In this document: in pieces, positions 45,682-56,032 of the stretch
How the letters are laid out: every line of letters starts with the position of its first letter
How positions within the stretch are numbered: the stretch's first letter is position 1
From: a virus
Length of the DNA stretch: 64,000 nucleotides
Virus record (IMG/VR): IMGVR_UViG_3300028581_000026
Location: 22,554 to 86,553 of that record
Direction: 5' to 3' (one strand)
Position numbers and translations under genes: made by a program
Notes under the pieces: generated by a model
The model's input: only the letters and a program-made list of their open reading frames with translations
Database searches by the model: none
Told to the model about the DNA's origin: nothing

Positions 45682-47718
45682 ATGAGTTGTCCTTGTCCAT
45701 CGGGTTATACCCCAACCATAGATTCAGATGCCTGTATGTATACCATAACCGCAGCAACAAGTGGTGGTTCATTTTTTTATACCGCAACAACTGGTAGTGT
45801 TAATACAGTGTATGATGCGTATGGTGTTATTTTTTATGAAGACATTACAAATCTTTCATTCCCAATAACAAATTCAGGTTCAACTACTTCAGCATATACT
45901 GAAAATGGGACATTACTTTTTAATACGCAATTTTTAGTTGATAATAGTGGAAGGATTTTAAATATTCAAGCTGGTGGTCAAGGTTTTACACCTTCACCGT
46001 ATTTTGGACCACCTATTTTAACAAATTCACTTTGGGGTAGTGGAACTACAATAACCGGTAGATTAAATAATGCTGGAATATGGGTTTCAAGTGGTGCAAC
46101 AGCACCTCCATATGATGAATATATTGGGTTTTCATATTGTTTAGATATACCAATTGGTGGTACATATTATATTGCGGTTTCAGGTGACGATTATTTTAGA
46201 TTTAAAATTAATGGTAATCTGGTTTATCAATCAATTTCAACTTTTCCTGGTACATCTATTGCTCAAGGTTATGGCACTGTATTTTTGAGTGTTTTTCCAT
46301 ATACATTTACTTCAGGGTTGAATATAATCGAAATGGAGAATTTAAACCTTACATTATCTCCAGCAAGTTTTGTTGCTGAAATATATAGTGGTTCAGTCTC
46401 AACATTAAGTGGTTATACTAGTTATTCTCAATTAAGTGCTGATACTTTGTTTTCAACATTAAATTTTGTTGGTCAAGATATACTTTTATCCGAAAGTGGC
46501 GCAACATCCAACACTGGTTATACTTGTCCAAGTGGATATTCTTTATATACTTGTAGTGGTACACCATATTGTGTTCTAATTGATAAAACCGATATTGTTA
46601 ATTATTGTGTTAATGACACAGGATTGGGTTATGATGATTATTTCAAGTATGGTGGAATTCATAACTCTGAACCTTATTGGAGTGGTGAAACAAATGGTTA
46701 TGTTATCTATTATACAACTGGTGGAACTTGGTGTTTATCAACAATATTAGATGGAACTTGTTTATTGGAGGGACCTGATCCTTGTAACTCAGTTTGTCCT
46801 GATTTGTGTGACACTTATGTATTCAGTGGTGCTTGTCCCACTCCTACTCCAACCCCAACTGTTAATTGTTCCGTATTGGATTTTAATGCGATATTTGATT
46901 GTGAGGTTACACCCACACCAAGTATTACCCCAACAATCTCCACAACTCCAACAATGACACCAACACCATCACCAAGTGACCCTTGTGGTGGTAGAGCTAT
47001 TGATGTAACTATAAGTGGTTATACGCCAACTCCAACGGCAACATCAACTCCAACACCTACCCCAACACCTCAGATTACAAGACCTTGTAGTGTGTCAGGA
47101 ACGGTTGTTTTTAACACAATTGATGGACAGCTTAAATCACCTAGTAGCAAACAATTCCAAGATTGTTATACTGGAGAAATGTATTATACGACAAATAGTA
47201 TTCCATTGCCATCAGGAGGTACAATTAGTCAATTTATGATATTCAAAGCATCAGTTAATGGAAATTCAAAATGTATTTCATTCTTGGGTTATAATTTGGA
47301 TACCATTGGGGTTGATTCAATTTCATTGGTAACCGGGCCTTTAGGGTTTTCTAATGTTGGTCAATGTTCACTTTGTGTTCCAGATGTTTCACCGACACCA
47401 ACGGCCACCGTAACACCTTCTGTTACTCCAACAATGACACCAACACCAACGCCATCTATGTTACCAGGTTATTATGTGTATAGACAATGTGGTAATCCAA
47501 CCGAATATGTAATTCAGACTTTGGCCATACCAACATTCACGCCAAATCAAGTGTTCAAAACAATTGCAAATGATTTATGTTGGGAATATATGTATTACTC
47601 ATCCACATATCCAACATTACCATTGGGATCAACGTTTACTTATGTGAATGGAAGTTTCTTCCCATCTTTAGGTAATACATTCTTTAATACTTGTATTGAT
47701 TGTTTGGTAAGTTTATAA
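45682..47718 (+). CDS. Cys-rich putative virion/tail protein with PT-rich linkers
   Basis: CPSGY repeats, PA14-like GDDYFRFKING, four (PT)n tracts. Confidence 0.75.
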   Translation: MSCPCPSGYTPTIDSDACMYTITAATSGGSFFYTATTGSVNTVYDAYGVIFYEDITNLSFPITNSGSTTSAYTENGTLLFNTQFLVDNSGRILNIQAGGQGFTPSPYFGPPILTNSLWGSGTTITGRLNNAGIWVSSGATAPPYDEYIGFSYCLDIPIGGTYYIAVSGDDYFRFKINGNLVYQSISTFPGTSIAQGYGTVFLSVFPYTFTSGLNIIEMENLNLTLSPASFVAEIYSGSVSTLSGYTSYSQLSADTLFSTLNFVGQDILLSESGATSNTGYTCPSGYSLYTCSGTPYCVLIDKTDIVNYCVNDTGLGYDDYFKYGGIHNSEPYWSGETNGYVIYYTTGGTWCLSTILDGTCLLEGPDPCNSVCPDLCDTYVFSGACPTPTPTPTVNCSVLDFNAIFDCEVTPTPSITPTISTTPTMTPTPSPSDPCGGRAIDVTISGYTPTPTATSTPTPTPTPQITRPCSVSGTVVFNTIDGQLKSPSSKQFQDCYTGEMYYTTNSIPLPSGGTISQFMIFKASVNGNSKCISFLGYNLDTIGVDSISLVTGPLGFSNVGQCSLCVPDVSPTPTATVTPSVTPTMTPTPTPSMLPGYYVYRQCGNPTEYVIQTLAIPTFTPNQVFKTIANDLCWEYMYYSSTYPTLPLGSTFTYVNGSFFPSLGNTFFNTCIDCLVSL

Positions 47719-47749
47719 TTTGTTATATTTATAGTAATATAACTCAAAA

Positions 47750-48049
47750 ATGAACGCACTTGTTTTTAACAATATCTTTGGTTTAAATCAACCATATACC
47801 GTTTATGTATGTGATGTCTTTGGTAATCAATGTATACTGTTGGCTTATATTGCAACAACCGTACCTGTCGTTAATACAATTATTCTTCCTCCACAATTTA
47901 GTTCAGCACCAGCAATTGGGGTTAAGGTAATTACAAGTGATGGGTGTGAAAGATTTAAAATTTTATATTGTAGTGAGGATATAAAAGAATTTATGGGCTT
48001 GGAGGATTTTTATTTTATGGATGGTGTCGGATATTTCTTTATGTCCTAA
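47750..48049 (+). CDS. Small putative virion protein
   Basis: 99 aa; paralog of 45463-45678. Confidence 0.7.
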   Translation: MNALVFNNIFGLNQPYTVYVCDVFGNQCILLAYIATTVPVVNTIILPPQFSSAPAIGVKVITSDGCERFKILYCSEDIKEFMGLEDFYFMDGVGYFFMS

Positions 48050-48071
48050 CTATTTATAAAGAAAAAAATAA

Positions 48072-48743
48072 ATGGCATTTCTTACCGATAGAACCTTAAC
48101 AACTGGTGTAACCGTTAATGATTTAATTCACATTGTAATTACTGGTGATACTTCTCAAAATCCAGCAGGTTCTTCATATAAGGCAACAATGGGTCAAGTA
48201 CTTGACTTGATAAATCCAACTACTCTAACTGGAGGTACATATGACCCACTAACAGGTACTATAACATTTTATGATGATATTGGTGGTAGTTTTAATGTCA
48301 CTGGTTTAGTTACTGGTTATACAAATACCGCAGTTACAGGACTTACTTATAATAATGCAAATACATTTACAATTTTAGAAAATGATGGTACAACACATAG
48401 TGCTAGTTTTAATATTGTTACTGGTTTAACTATTAACGCATTATTAGATGGTCTATCAATTAAGAATGGAACAGGAAATGCCGATAATGTTAGTAACTTA
48501 ATAGAAGGTATTAACGCTTCTAATGTTAAAACATCAATTATAAGAGCAGATGGTGCAATATCTGGAAGTAGTTTATATGTTAGTGGTACAACAGGTTATA
48601 ACCAATTAATTGTTAAAACAACATATACCCCATCAGGAACAACAGATACAAATGGTGTACTTGGTGATATATCTTGGGATGCTAGTTATGTGTATGTCAA
48701 AACTGCTGCAGGATGGAAACGTTCAGGTTTAACAACTTGGTAA
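48072..48743 (+). CDS. Putative tail fibre-like protein
   Basis: T/G-rich; C-terminal GVLGDISWDASYVYVKTAAGWKR (Mtd-like N-terminal motif). Confidence 0.65.
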   Translation: MAFLTDRTLTTGVTVNDLIHIVITGDTSQNPAGSSYKATMGQVLDLINPTTLTGGTYDPLTGTITFYDDIGGSFNVTGLVTGYTNTAVTGLTYNNANTFTILENDGTTHSASFNIVTGLTINALLDGLSIKNGTGNADNVSNLIEGINASNVKTSIIRADGAISGSSLYVSGTTGYNQLIVKTTYTPSGTTDTNGVLGDISWDASYVYVKTAAGWKRSGLTTW

Positions 48744-48788
48744 TTATATATTATTTATAAAGTCAAATAATCCTCTATATTTTTTTAT

Positions 48789-49766
48789 ATGGAGGATTTA
48801 ATTTTTGTAACAGCACAACCTGATGTTCCCTACTTTCATTGGCAAGTTAGAATTTATGTTCATAACTTTATAAGTTTGGGAATAAACCCCAACCAAATAC
48901 ACGTAATTTTTGCGATGGTTATGGGAAATAAAGAACCAACCAAAGAGTCGTTAGACTTGAAAGAGTTGGGAATTAATGTTCATCATTACTTAGATGAAAG
49001 ACATAAAAAACATTATATACCAAACATAAAACCTTTTCTAATCTATAAATGGTTGGAACAATATCCCCAATATGGGAAACTATTTTTCTTGCACGATGCG
49101 GATATTATATTCAGAAAATTACCTGATTTTAATTCATTAATTAAGGATAATACAATCTATGTTTCCGATACAATTGGGTATATTGGACACGACTACCTAA
49201 AAAGTTGTAGTGAAAGATATGAAATGAAATACCCAACTTTAGAAAAGGATTCACTATTAACAAAAATGGTTGATGTTGTTGGAATTGACATTGATACCCT
49301 TAAAATCAATCAAAATAACTCAGGTGGAGGTCAATATATAATTAAAAATACCCCATCAAGTGAATGGTATAAAATATATATGGATTGTGTCCCACTTTAT
49401 AATACAATGATGGATTATCATAAAGAGTTTCCAATTGATTTTGGTGCTATCCAATTTTGGACTGCTGAAATGTGGTCATTATTATGGAATTTATGGTATT
49501 TCAAATGCGATGTTAAAATATCAGATGAACTTAGTTTCTCTTGGGCTACTGATGATATAAGAAAATATGACCAACATAATATTCTTCATATGGCTGGGGT
49601 AACTGATGAATTAAAACATAATAAATTCTATAAGGGGGAATATATTAATGTGAACCCATTGGATAAATTAAAAGAGAATCCAAACTTTTTTGATTATGTG
49701 GATAAAAATAGTTCAACCATAAAGTATATTGATATTATGAAATCATTGGTAGAAAATAATGATTAA
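48789..49766 (+). CDS. GT-A glycosyltransferase resembling HPAT/SGT1 protein O-glycosyltransferases
   Basis: TAQPDVPYFHWQVRI, YIPNIKPFLIYKWL, LHDADIIF (DxD), GGGQYII, WTAEMW, ILH. Confidence 0.7.
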   Translation: MEDLIFVTAQPDVPYFHWQVRIYVHNFISLGINPNQIHVIFAMVMGNKEPTKESLDLKELGINVHHYLDERHKKHYIPNIKPFLIYKWLEQYPQYGKLFFLHDADIIFRKLPDFNSLIKDNTIYVSDTIGYIGHDYLKSCSERYEMKYPTLEKDSLLTKMVDVVGIDIDTLKINQNNSGGGQYIIKNTPSSEWYKIYMDCVPLYNTMMDYHKEFPIDFGAIQFWTAEMWSLLWNLWYFKCDVKISDELSFSWATDDIRKYDQHNILHMAGVTDELKHNKFYKGEYINVNPLDKLKENPNFFDYVDKNSSTIKYIDIMKSLVENND

Positions 49767-49795
49767 TTGTATTTATCAATAATTAACGATATAAA

Positions 49796-51340
49796 ATGTC
49801 AAAAGGTTTATTAGAACTTTCCCCAACTTGGTGTAATAATAAAATCATAACTTATGATTTTTGTTTGGCCCCTTATGCTTGTCTTAGTGGTACAACATCA
49901 CCAATGCCGACACTATATAATAGTAAGGTTTATTATACAATACCCACAAGTCCAATAACATATCTTTGGTGGAGTCCAAATTTGAATAAATGGGTATTCT
50001 CTGAAGTTTTGGGAACTCCTAGTAATATAACATTAGATTATACTGGAGATTATCCATATACCTCTACTGTAAAATGGGACGGTAATTTTGTTGGTAGTGA
50101 ATTCTTTAAGACTTGTGATTGTACTTGTTTTACAAAACCAAATTATTCTGATAATAATTTTTTACCAATTAATGAATGTGGTGTAATTACAATTTATCCA
50201 ATGGGTATTAGTTGTACCCCAATACCACCATCAAAAGTAGGTGGTACTGGTAGTTTATCTTTATTGATAACTGGGGGAACTCCACCGTATTCTATTCGTC
50301 TTTTAAATTCAACAGGTAATTCAACATATGGTGTTATTGGGTCTTCAAATTTTTACAATATACCCAATTTATTAGTTGGTACTTATTTTGTTGAGGTTAC
50401 TGATAATTTTGGTGATTTTCAACAAGTAATTAATTGTACAATTGTCGCACCACCACCATTACCCACTCCAACACCGCCACCGATACCAACAACACCGCAG
50501 CAATATCAAGAAATTACTTTCTGTTTAAGAATTAAAGCGACAGGTGACCGAAATAGTCCAGGTTTTAGTATTGATTTAAGTTTCATAATATTTTCTTTTA
50601 ATTACACTAACAATATTATAACACCAATTTTTATTTCAAATACAGGTGAAGAATTTGTTATTTGGGATTATACTAGCAATGTTTGGTCGTTATCCGCAAC
50701 GAGTTCTAGTCAACTTACAACTCCAAGTAAATTAGGGCCTCAAACTCCTTCAACTTGGAAGATGATAAATTCTACACCATTACCTCCATTTCCTAATATT
50801 GGGCGACCTGTGAATACTTGGAGTTTATTTAATACATCAAATCCGATTATTCCAGCTATTTCATCAACAAACGGTGTTTGTCTTGCTCCGCCAATATTAG
50901 TCTTTTGGATTAATGAAAGTTGGTGGCAATATTATGGTTCAAACATCCCACCACAATATCGTGGGGTAGCTTGTGGTGGAAATAATAAAACACCTTATTT
51001 TAAATGGTTTATACAAAATCCAGGAGGAGTTATAGTTACAAGTTACGACATATTATGTACACATATTGGTACTGGTGATGTATATTGGGATATAACAAAT
51101 ATTAATCCAAGTCAATTTGAAGTTAGTGACACGATTCCTTGGCAAAGTCCTGCGGTAACTGGGAGTACACAAAATAATTCATTAAGAAATAATAGGGGCT
51201 GGCAGGGTCCTTGTCTTCCACCTTTTTCAAACCCTAATTTTAGTGTAACACTAACAGCAAATTCAGTTAGTGGTTCGTTAACGGCAACAATAAACTTCAT
51301 TTACTGTCAAACTGTAACTACCGGTATATGTAGTATATAA
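49796..51340 (+). CDS. Putative virion protein with SprB-like and Pro/Thr-rich segments
   Basis: ITGGTPPYS...L.VGTYFVEVTD; APPPLPTPTPPPIPTTP. Confidence 0.7.
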   Translation: MSKGLLELSPTWCNNKIITYDFCLAPYACLSGTTSPMPTLYNSKVYYTIPTSPITYLWWSPNLNKWVFSEVLGTPSNITLDYTGDYPYTSTVKWDGNFVGSEFFKTCDCTCFTKPNYSDNNFLPINECGVITIYPMGISCTPIPPSKVGGTGSLSLLITGGTPPYSIRLLNSTGNSTYGVIGSSNFYNIPNLLVGTYFVEVTDNFGDFQQVINCTIVAPPPLPTPTPPPIPTTPQQYQEITFCLRIKATGDRNSPGFSIDLSFIIFSFNYTNNIITPIFISNTGEEFVIWDYTSNVWSLSATSSSQLTTPSKLGPQTPSTWKMINSTPLPPFPNIGRPVNTWSLFNTSNPIIPAISSTNGVCLAPPILVFWINESWWQYYGSNIPPQYRGVACGGNNKTPYFKWFIQNPGGVIVTSYDILCTHIGTGDVYWDITNINPSQFEVSDTIPWQSPAVTGSTQNNSLRNNRGWQGPCLPPFSNPNFSVTLTANSVSGSLTATINFIYCQTVTTGICSI

Positions 51341-51348
51341 ATCAACTT

Positions 51349-52074
51349 ATGGCGATTTTTTCTGAAGTAACAATAAATCAAACAATATGTGGATGTGATG
51401 GAGGTCTAACAATATTCGCATCAGACGGTTATCCCCCATACTCGTTTTCAATTAATAATGGATTAAGTTATAACCCCTTCCCAATTTTCAATAATCTATG
51501 TGAAGGTAATTATGTTGTAATCGCAAATGACATATCTGGAAATTCTTCAACAAATTTTGTTACACTTAATCCCCCATCAAATCCAATTGCATATACAATA
51601 TATCTGAATACAACATCACAGATTATTAGTACATCACCAACACAAGTAATTACAGAATATAAGACATATGTGAATGTATTCCCAACACTACAAAGTGGGG
51701 TTACAATTTCATTTAAAATAAATCATTCAAATTTATACCAATCATCACCAAACGAATTTTCATCGTCAGGTACATCAAATTCTTCATTGGTTATTGATAC
51801 GATAACAATACCAAACACAAGTTCAGGAACAACAACTGGTTCAACCTTTAATCCAATTCCTGGATGTCAAGGAGAACCATTATATCTGACAACTTTTAAT
51901 GAAGAATGGTCATCGTTGAGTTATACATTGGGAACTGAATTTGAATTAGCAACAATAGACATTGTAAATAAAAACGAATTCATTAATTGTTATATCGGAA
52001 CTAGTCAACATAATTTCACAATCTCAAATGTGTCAATTAGTGGTTGTGGTTGTTGTTCAGCAATAACAGCATAA
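51349..52074 (+). CDS. Putative virion protein with SprB-like repeat
   Basis: DGGLTIFASDGYPPYSFSIN...NLCEGNYVV. Confidence 0.7.
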   Translation: MAIFSEVTINQTICGCDGGLTIFASDGYPPYSFSINNGLSYNPFPIFNNLCEGNYVVIANDISGNSSTNFVTLNPPSNPIAYTIYLNTTSQIISTSPTQVITEYKTYVNVFPTLQSGVTISFKINHSNLYQSSPNEFSSSGTSNSSLVIDTITIPNTSSGTTTGSTFNPIPGCQGEPLYLTTFNEEWSSLSYTLGTEFELATIDIVNKNEFINCYIGTSQHNFTISNVSISGCGCCSAITA

Positions 52075-52100
52075 AAGATGAATTAATATATTTATTAGGT

Positions 52101-55100
52101 ATGGGATACATTTTAAAAAATACATCAGGTTTAATTAACACCAGGCTAACTGACGCTGGTAGGCAAAAATTGTCACAAGGTAGATTCAATATATCATATT
52201 TTCAAATTGGAGATAGTGAGGTTAGTTATAGTGTTATACCTAATTTCAATTATACCAAATATAATGTCTTTGAACCTAGTTTTAATGCTCAGAATACAGC
52301 TGGTGCTCCTCAGTCAAATAAAGAAAATATAAAATACCCAATATTCGTTGATGAAATTGGGGGAAATACTTATGGAATTCCTTTTATGGATTCCATTGTT
52401 GAATCTGTGTATAATACAGCTCAACCTAGAGGGTTTTTCTTGGGGACATCAATTCCAAATACAGAAGAATATAATTGGAGTGCTTTAACAATGAATTGTT
52501 ATGCTATTAGTGCTAATTATATCGTTCAAATGAATACCCTAAATGGTACAAATACTATTGATGTTATTTATAGTGGAAATAATTCAAATGTTATTAGAAA
52601 TTATAAAGTTGGTGATATCATCACTATAATTTATGATGGTTATGGTAAAAGTAATTCATCTTGTTATACCGCAACTACCACCACAACAACAATAGCCCCA
52701 ACTACAACTACCACAACAACTGACCCTTGTAGTCCTCCAGTACCTCCAGCTACAACCACAACAACAACTTGTGCTCCAATAGTATGTGGACCTTGTGAAC
52801 CAATTGAAGGAGAAACTTGTGTTGTGGGATTTCAGAGTTGTTATCCAATTCTTACTTATAAAATTGTTGGGGTTTGTTTAAATACTTTAACATTAGATAG
52901 AACAACCCCGGATTATTCTTATTTATCTAACCAATGTTATGGTAGAACTATTATTTATCCATCAGGAATGACGGAAATATATGATAGTGTAACACCCTCG
53001 CTTCATTGGAATAATGATGTTATTAATTTTGAATCCGTTTGTTATAATGACCAATTTAATGTGAAGGTTTGGAATATGAACATTCCTTGGTCTGAAAGTC
53101 CAGCAGGTCTTGACTCATCAACATCCAATGACTATACCAAGTTTGGTTCAGTTAATTATTTGGGTTCAAAAGAATATTTGGGGTACGCCAATAGTAGTGG
53201 TCAAACAGATACAAGTTTTACATTCTATATAAATTCTTTTGATGAAATTGTTCAAGTTTTACCACAAGACCAAAAAGCAATTGCCATCATTCATTATACA
53301 AATCAAACCATTGATTTATTCTATGGTGAGAAGTTTGCTACACAGCCATTTGATGATAGTGTGGAAGACACAACTGGTCAAGGTAGAAACTTTAAATTAC
53401 ATCTTCCTTGGTTGATGTGGCATAAAAATCCAAATTGTTGTTTAGGTCAGACATTTTGGATTGACCCTCCAGGTTTTGAAGATTTGGATTTATTCCAAGT
53501 TAATTATATTAAGTCAACCAAGAATCTTGAGATGAATGACCCAGGTATTAGATATTTCCATTTGTGGGATAATAATCCTAATGTTAATGCTCTAACTCCA
53601 AACATTCCAAATCGTGTTGGTAAGGTATTTCCTGACTTAAAAATTATTGTTATTGATGATGAAGAATTGATTGCCGCGATGTCATATAAGTCAAATAGAA
53701 ATTGGACATTACCAGCCCCAAAAGTTGCCTTAATTACACCAAATATTTGTGGTTTGGATAATAATTCGGTTGAGGGTATTTTGACAGGTAATACTGAATA
53801 TCTTTATGTGACATATAGATTATCTAATTCATATGGTTTTACGAATTCATTACATTGTAATTATTATCAAGCAATTCAAGGACCTAATGTGAGTTGCAAT
53901 CCACTTCCATCACAAAATGTAAGTGTAAGGTTTGGTGGTGAGTTTGGTTGTCTTTCAACTCAATTTAATCCAATCACAACCACAACAACTACGTTTAACC
54001 CTTGCCCTTGTTGGTTTAGTGGATTTACTATGTTTTATCAGATTAATAATGTATTTTTAACTCTTGTCGTTATACCAACACCAAAAACATTAAATAATTA
54101 TCCAATATTTAATGTTTTTGGTAATGAATTTTACGCTAACATTAGTTGGGATTCAACTAATTGGGTTTTTGACACGGCAGCAAATGAGTCTTATAATATA
54201 TTATTTGACACTAATGAACCAATTGGTAATTATGAAATTATAGGGGCTGGAATTTCAGGGGTTTCTCAATGTGGATTATACAATAGAATAGTTACCACTC
54301 AATGTATTTCTGGTGGATCAATTTGCGATAACATTTTCTATGATTTTGCATTATCAGGGGGTACTGGAATATATACCGATCAAGACTTAGGTAAGTACAT
54401 CACATTTAGTGGTAATACTTGGGTTTTAATTGAAAATAACATTGTTGAAGCCACATTAACTGGATTAACTAGTGGTGATACACCATATGGTACTTGGACA
54501 ACAACTACTCCATCGTTAACTGGTTTCACAACAACAAATTATGATGACTTTTTTACATTTGGTTGCGAATGTATTACATTGACAACTAATCTTGTAACAG
54601 CTGGGAGTTCTATGATTATTTATACCGATTGTTATGGTGTTTTAAATACATTAGATGCTGATTTTGGGTTTGGTATTGATTTATGTGTTTATAATATAAA
54701 TGGTGAAACAAGTGAAGTTTCTTGGTTTTATGTATCTGGCGATACACTAGAACAGACCGAATGTGTTAGTGCTTGTACTACAACCACAACAACTGTTAAT
54801 TGTTCCCAATTTATAGTTACAACCACAACAACATTCCCAGTAATATCTACAACCACAACAATATGTCCATCTTATTGTTCAATGCCTCTTGGATTTTATG
54901 CCGATACATTCCAAATCATTTGTCAGAAAGTTGATGGTAATGGAAGACCTGAACCTAGTGAGTGGAAAATAATTGATTATACCGACCAATTAAGTGGTTC
55001 AACAATTAATGGTTACTTAACCGAAGAAGGTCTAACGGGAAATACATTTGTTATTACACAAGACTTATATGATGAAGCGGATACATATGTATTAACCGAC

Positions 55101-55397
55101 TATATTGATTTACCATCAGGAACAACAACAAATCTTAATTTTGGTGATGAATACTATTTCTATGGAAATTTAGATACAGACATTCAAGCCACAATTTATG
55201 AAATGAGATATAAAATAAACTTGGGTCAATCAGAGTTTTTGGTATCATCAAATCCAACTTGGGAAAACACCAAAAAAGTTCATCTGTCTGAAATTGGTCT
55301 TTACGATTCTGACAAAACTCTTATGATTGTATCGAAACTACAATCACCATACCCAAGGAATGGTATTCAACAATTTGTAGTTAAATTTGATTTTTAA
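52101..55397 (+). CDS. Large putative tail/baseplate protein with poly-Thr tracts
   Basis: Start re-called to ATG 52101; N-terminal LTDAGRQKL...FQIGD and C-terminal LSEIGLYD...IVSKL resemble tail-collar/fibre-attachment motifs. Confidence 0.7.
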   Translation: MGYILKNTSGLINTRLTDAGRQKLSQGRFNISYFQIGDSEVSYSVIPNFNYTKYNVFEPSFNAQNTAGAPQSNKENIKYPIFVDEIGGNTYGIPFMDSIVESVYNTAQPRGFFLGTSIPNTEEYNWSALTMNCYAISANYIVQMNTLNGTNTIDVIYSGNNSNVIRNYKVGDIITIIYDGYGKSNSSCYTATTTTTTIAPTTTTTTTDPCSPPVPPATTTTTTCAPIVCGPCEPIEGETCVVGFQSCYPILTYKIVGVCLNTLTLDRTTPDYSYLSNQCYGRTIIYPSGMTEIYDSVTPSLHWNNDVINFESVCYNDQFNVKVWNMNIPWSESPAGLDSSTSNDYTKFGSVNYLGSKEYLGYANSSGQTDTSFTFYINSFDEIVQVLPQDQKAIAIIHYTNQTIDLFYGEKFATQPFDDSVEDTTGQGRNFKLHLPWLMWHKNPNCCLGQTFWIDPPGFEDLDLFQVNYIKSTKNLEMNDPGIRYFHLWDNNPNVNALTPNIPNRVGKVFPDLKIIVIDDEELIAAMSYKSNRNWTLPAPKVALITPNICGLDNNSVEGILTGNTEYLYVTYRLSNSYGFTNSLHCNYYQAIQGPNVSCNPLPSQNVSVRFGGEFGCLSTQFNPITTTTTTFNPCPCWFSGFTMFYQINNVFLTLVVIPTPKTLNNYPIFNVFGNEFYANISWDSTNWVFDTAANESYNILFDTNEPIGNYEIIGAGISGVSQCGLYNRIVTTQCISGGSICDNIFYDFALSGGTGIYTDQDLGKYITFSGNTWVLIENNIVEATLTGLTSGDTPYGTWTTTTPSLTGFTTTNYDDFFTFGCECITLTTNLVTAGSSMIIYTDCYGVLNTLDADFGFGIDLCVYNINGETSEVSWFYVSGDTLEQTECVSACTTTTTTVNCSQFIVTTTTTFPVISTTTTICPSYCSMPLGFYADTFQIICQKVDGNGRPEPSEWKIIDYTDQLSGSTINGYLTEEGLTGNTFVITQDLYDEADTYVLTDYIDLPSGTTTNLNFGDEYYFYGNLDTDIQATIYEMRYKINLGQSEFLVSSNPTWENTKKVHLSEIGLYDSDKTLMIVSKLQSPYPRNGIQQFVVKFDF

Positions 55398-55399
55398 TT

Positions 55400-55999
55400 A
55401 TGTCTAAAACAATTGAAACAACCCCCAAAATACTAGGTTTAGATGTGTCCACCAAGACTATTGGTTGGGCACTTTTTGATATCGCATCAAAAGAACTTTT
55501 GGAATTAACTCATATTTCTCCTGTTGTCAAACCAAAGGAAGATAACAAAATTAAGGAATTATTTCTTAAAACTGAAATCTTTAAAACAAAATTGGAACAA
55601 TATAAAGGACTTGGTATTACAAAGGTAGTAATTGAAGAACCTCTACTTAATAGTAATAATGTTTATACGATACAAACTCTGTTACGTTTTAACACCATTA
55701 TTTCAAAGGAAATTTATGATGCCCTAGGTTTAGTACCAGAATATATCTCAACCTATAATTCAAGGAAGAATGCTTTTCCTTGGTTGGTTAAAGAAAATGA
55801 TAAAAAGAAACTTGTTTTATTTGGTGGTTTCCCAAAAGATTGTGATAAGAAACAAATCATTTGGGAACAAGTTGCAAAGAAAGAACCCCAAATTAATTGG
55901 GTCTATACCAAAAACAATACACTCAAAAAAGAGAATTTCGATATGAGTGACGCTTATTGTTGTGTTCTAGGTTATATGAAACAAGAAAATATATGGTAA
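55400..55999 (+). CDS. RuvC-like Holliday junction resolvase
   Basis: ILGLDVSTKTIGW, VIEEP, DMSDAY. Confidence 0.85.
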   Translation: MSKTIETTPKILGLDVSTKTIGWALFDIASKELLELTHISPVVKPKEDNKIKELFLKTEIFKTKLEQYKGLGITKVVIEEPLLNSNNVYTIQTLLRFNTIISKEIYDALGLVPEYISTYNSRKNAFPWLVKENDKKKLVLFGGFPKDCDKKQIIWEQVAKKEPQINWVYTKNNTLKKENFDMSDAYCCVLGYMKQENIW

Positions 56000-56032
56000 A
56001 ATAAAACCCCACTTTTTAGGTGGGGTTTTATT
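56000..56032. terminator. Bidirectional terminator
   Basis: aataaaaccccac-tttttag-gtggggttttatt between convergent genes. Confidence 0.85.
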
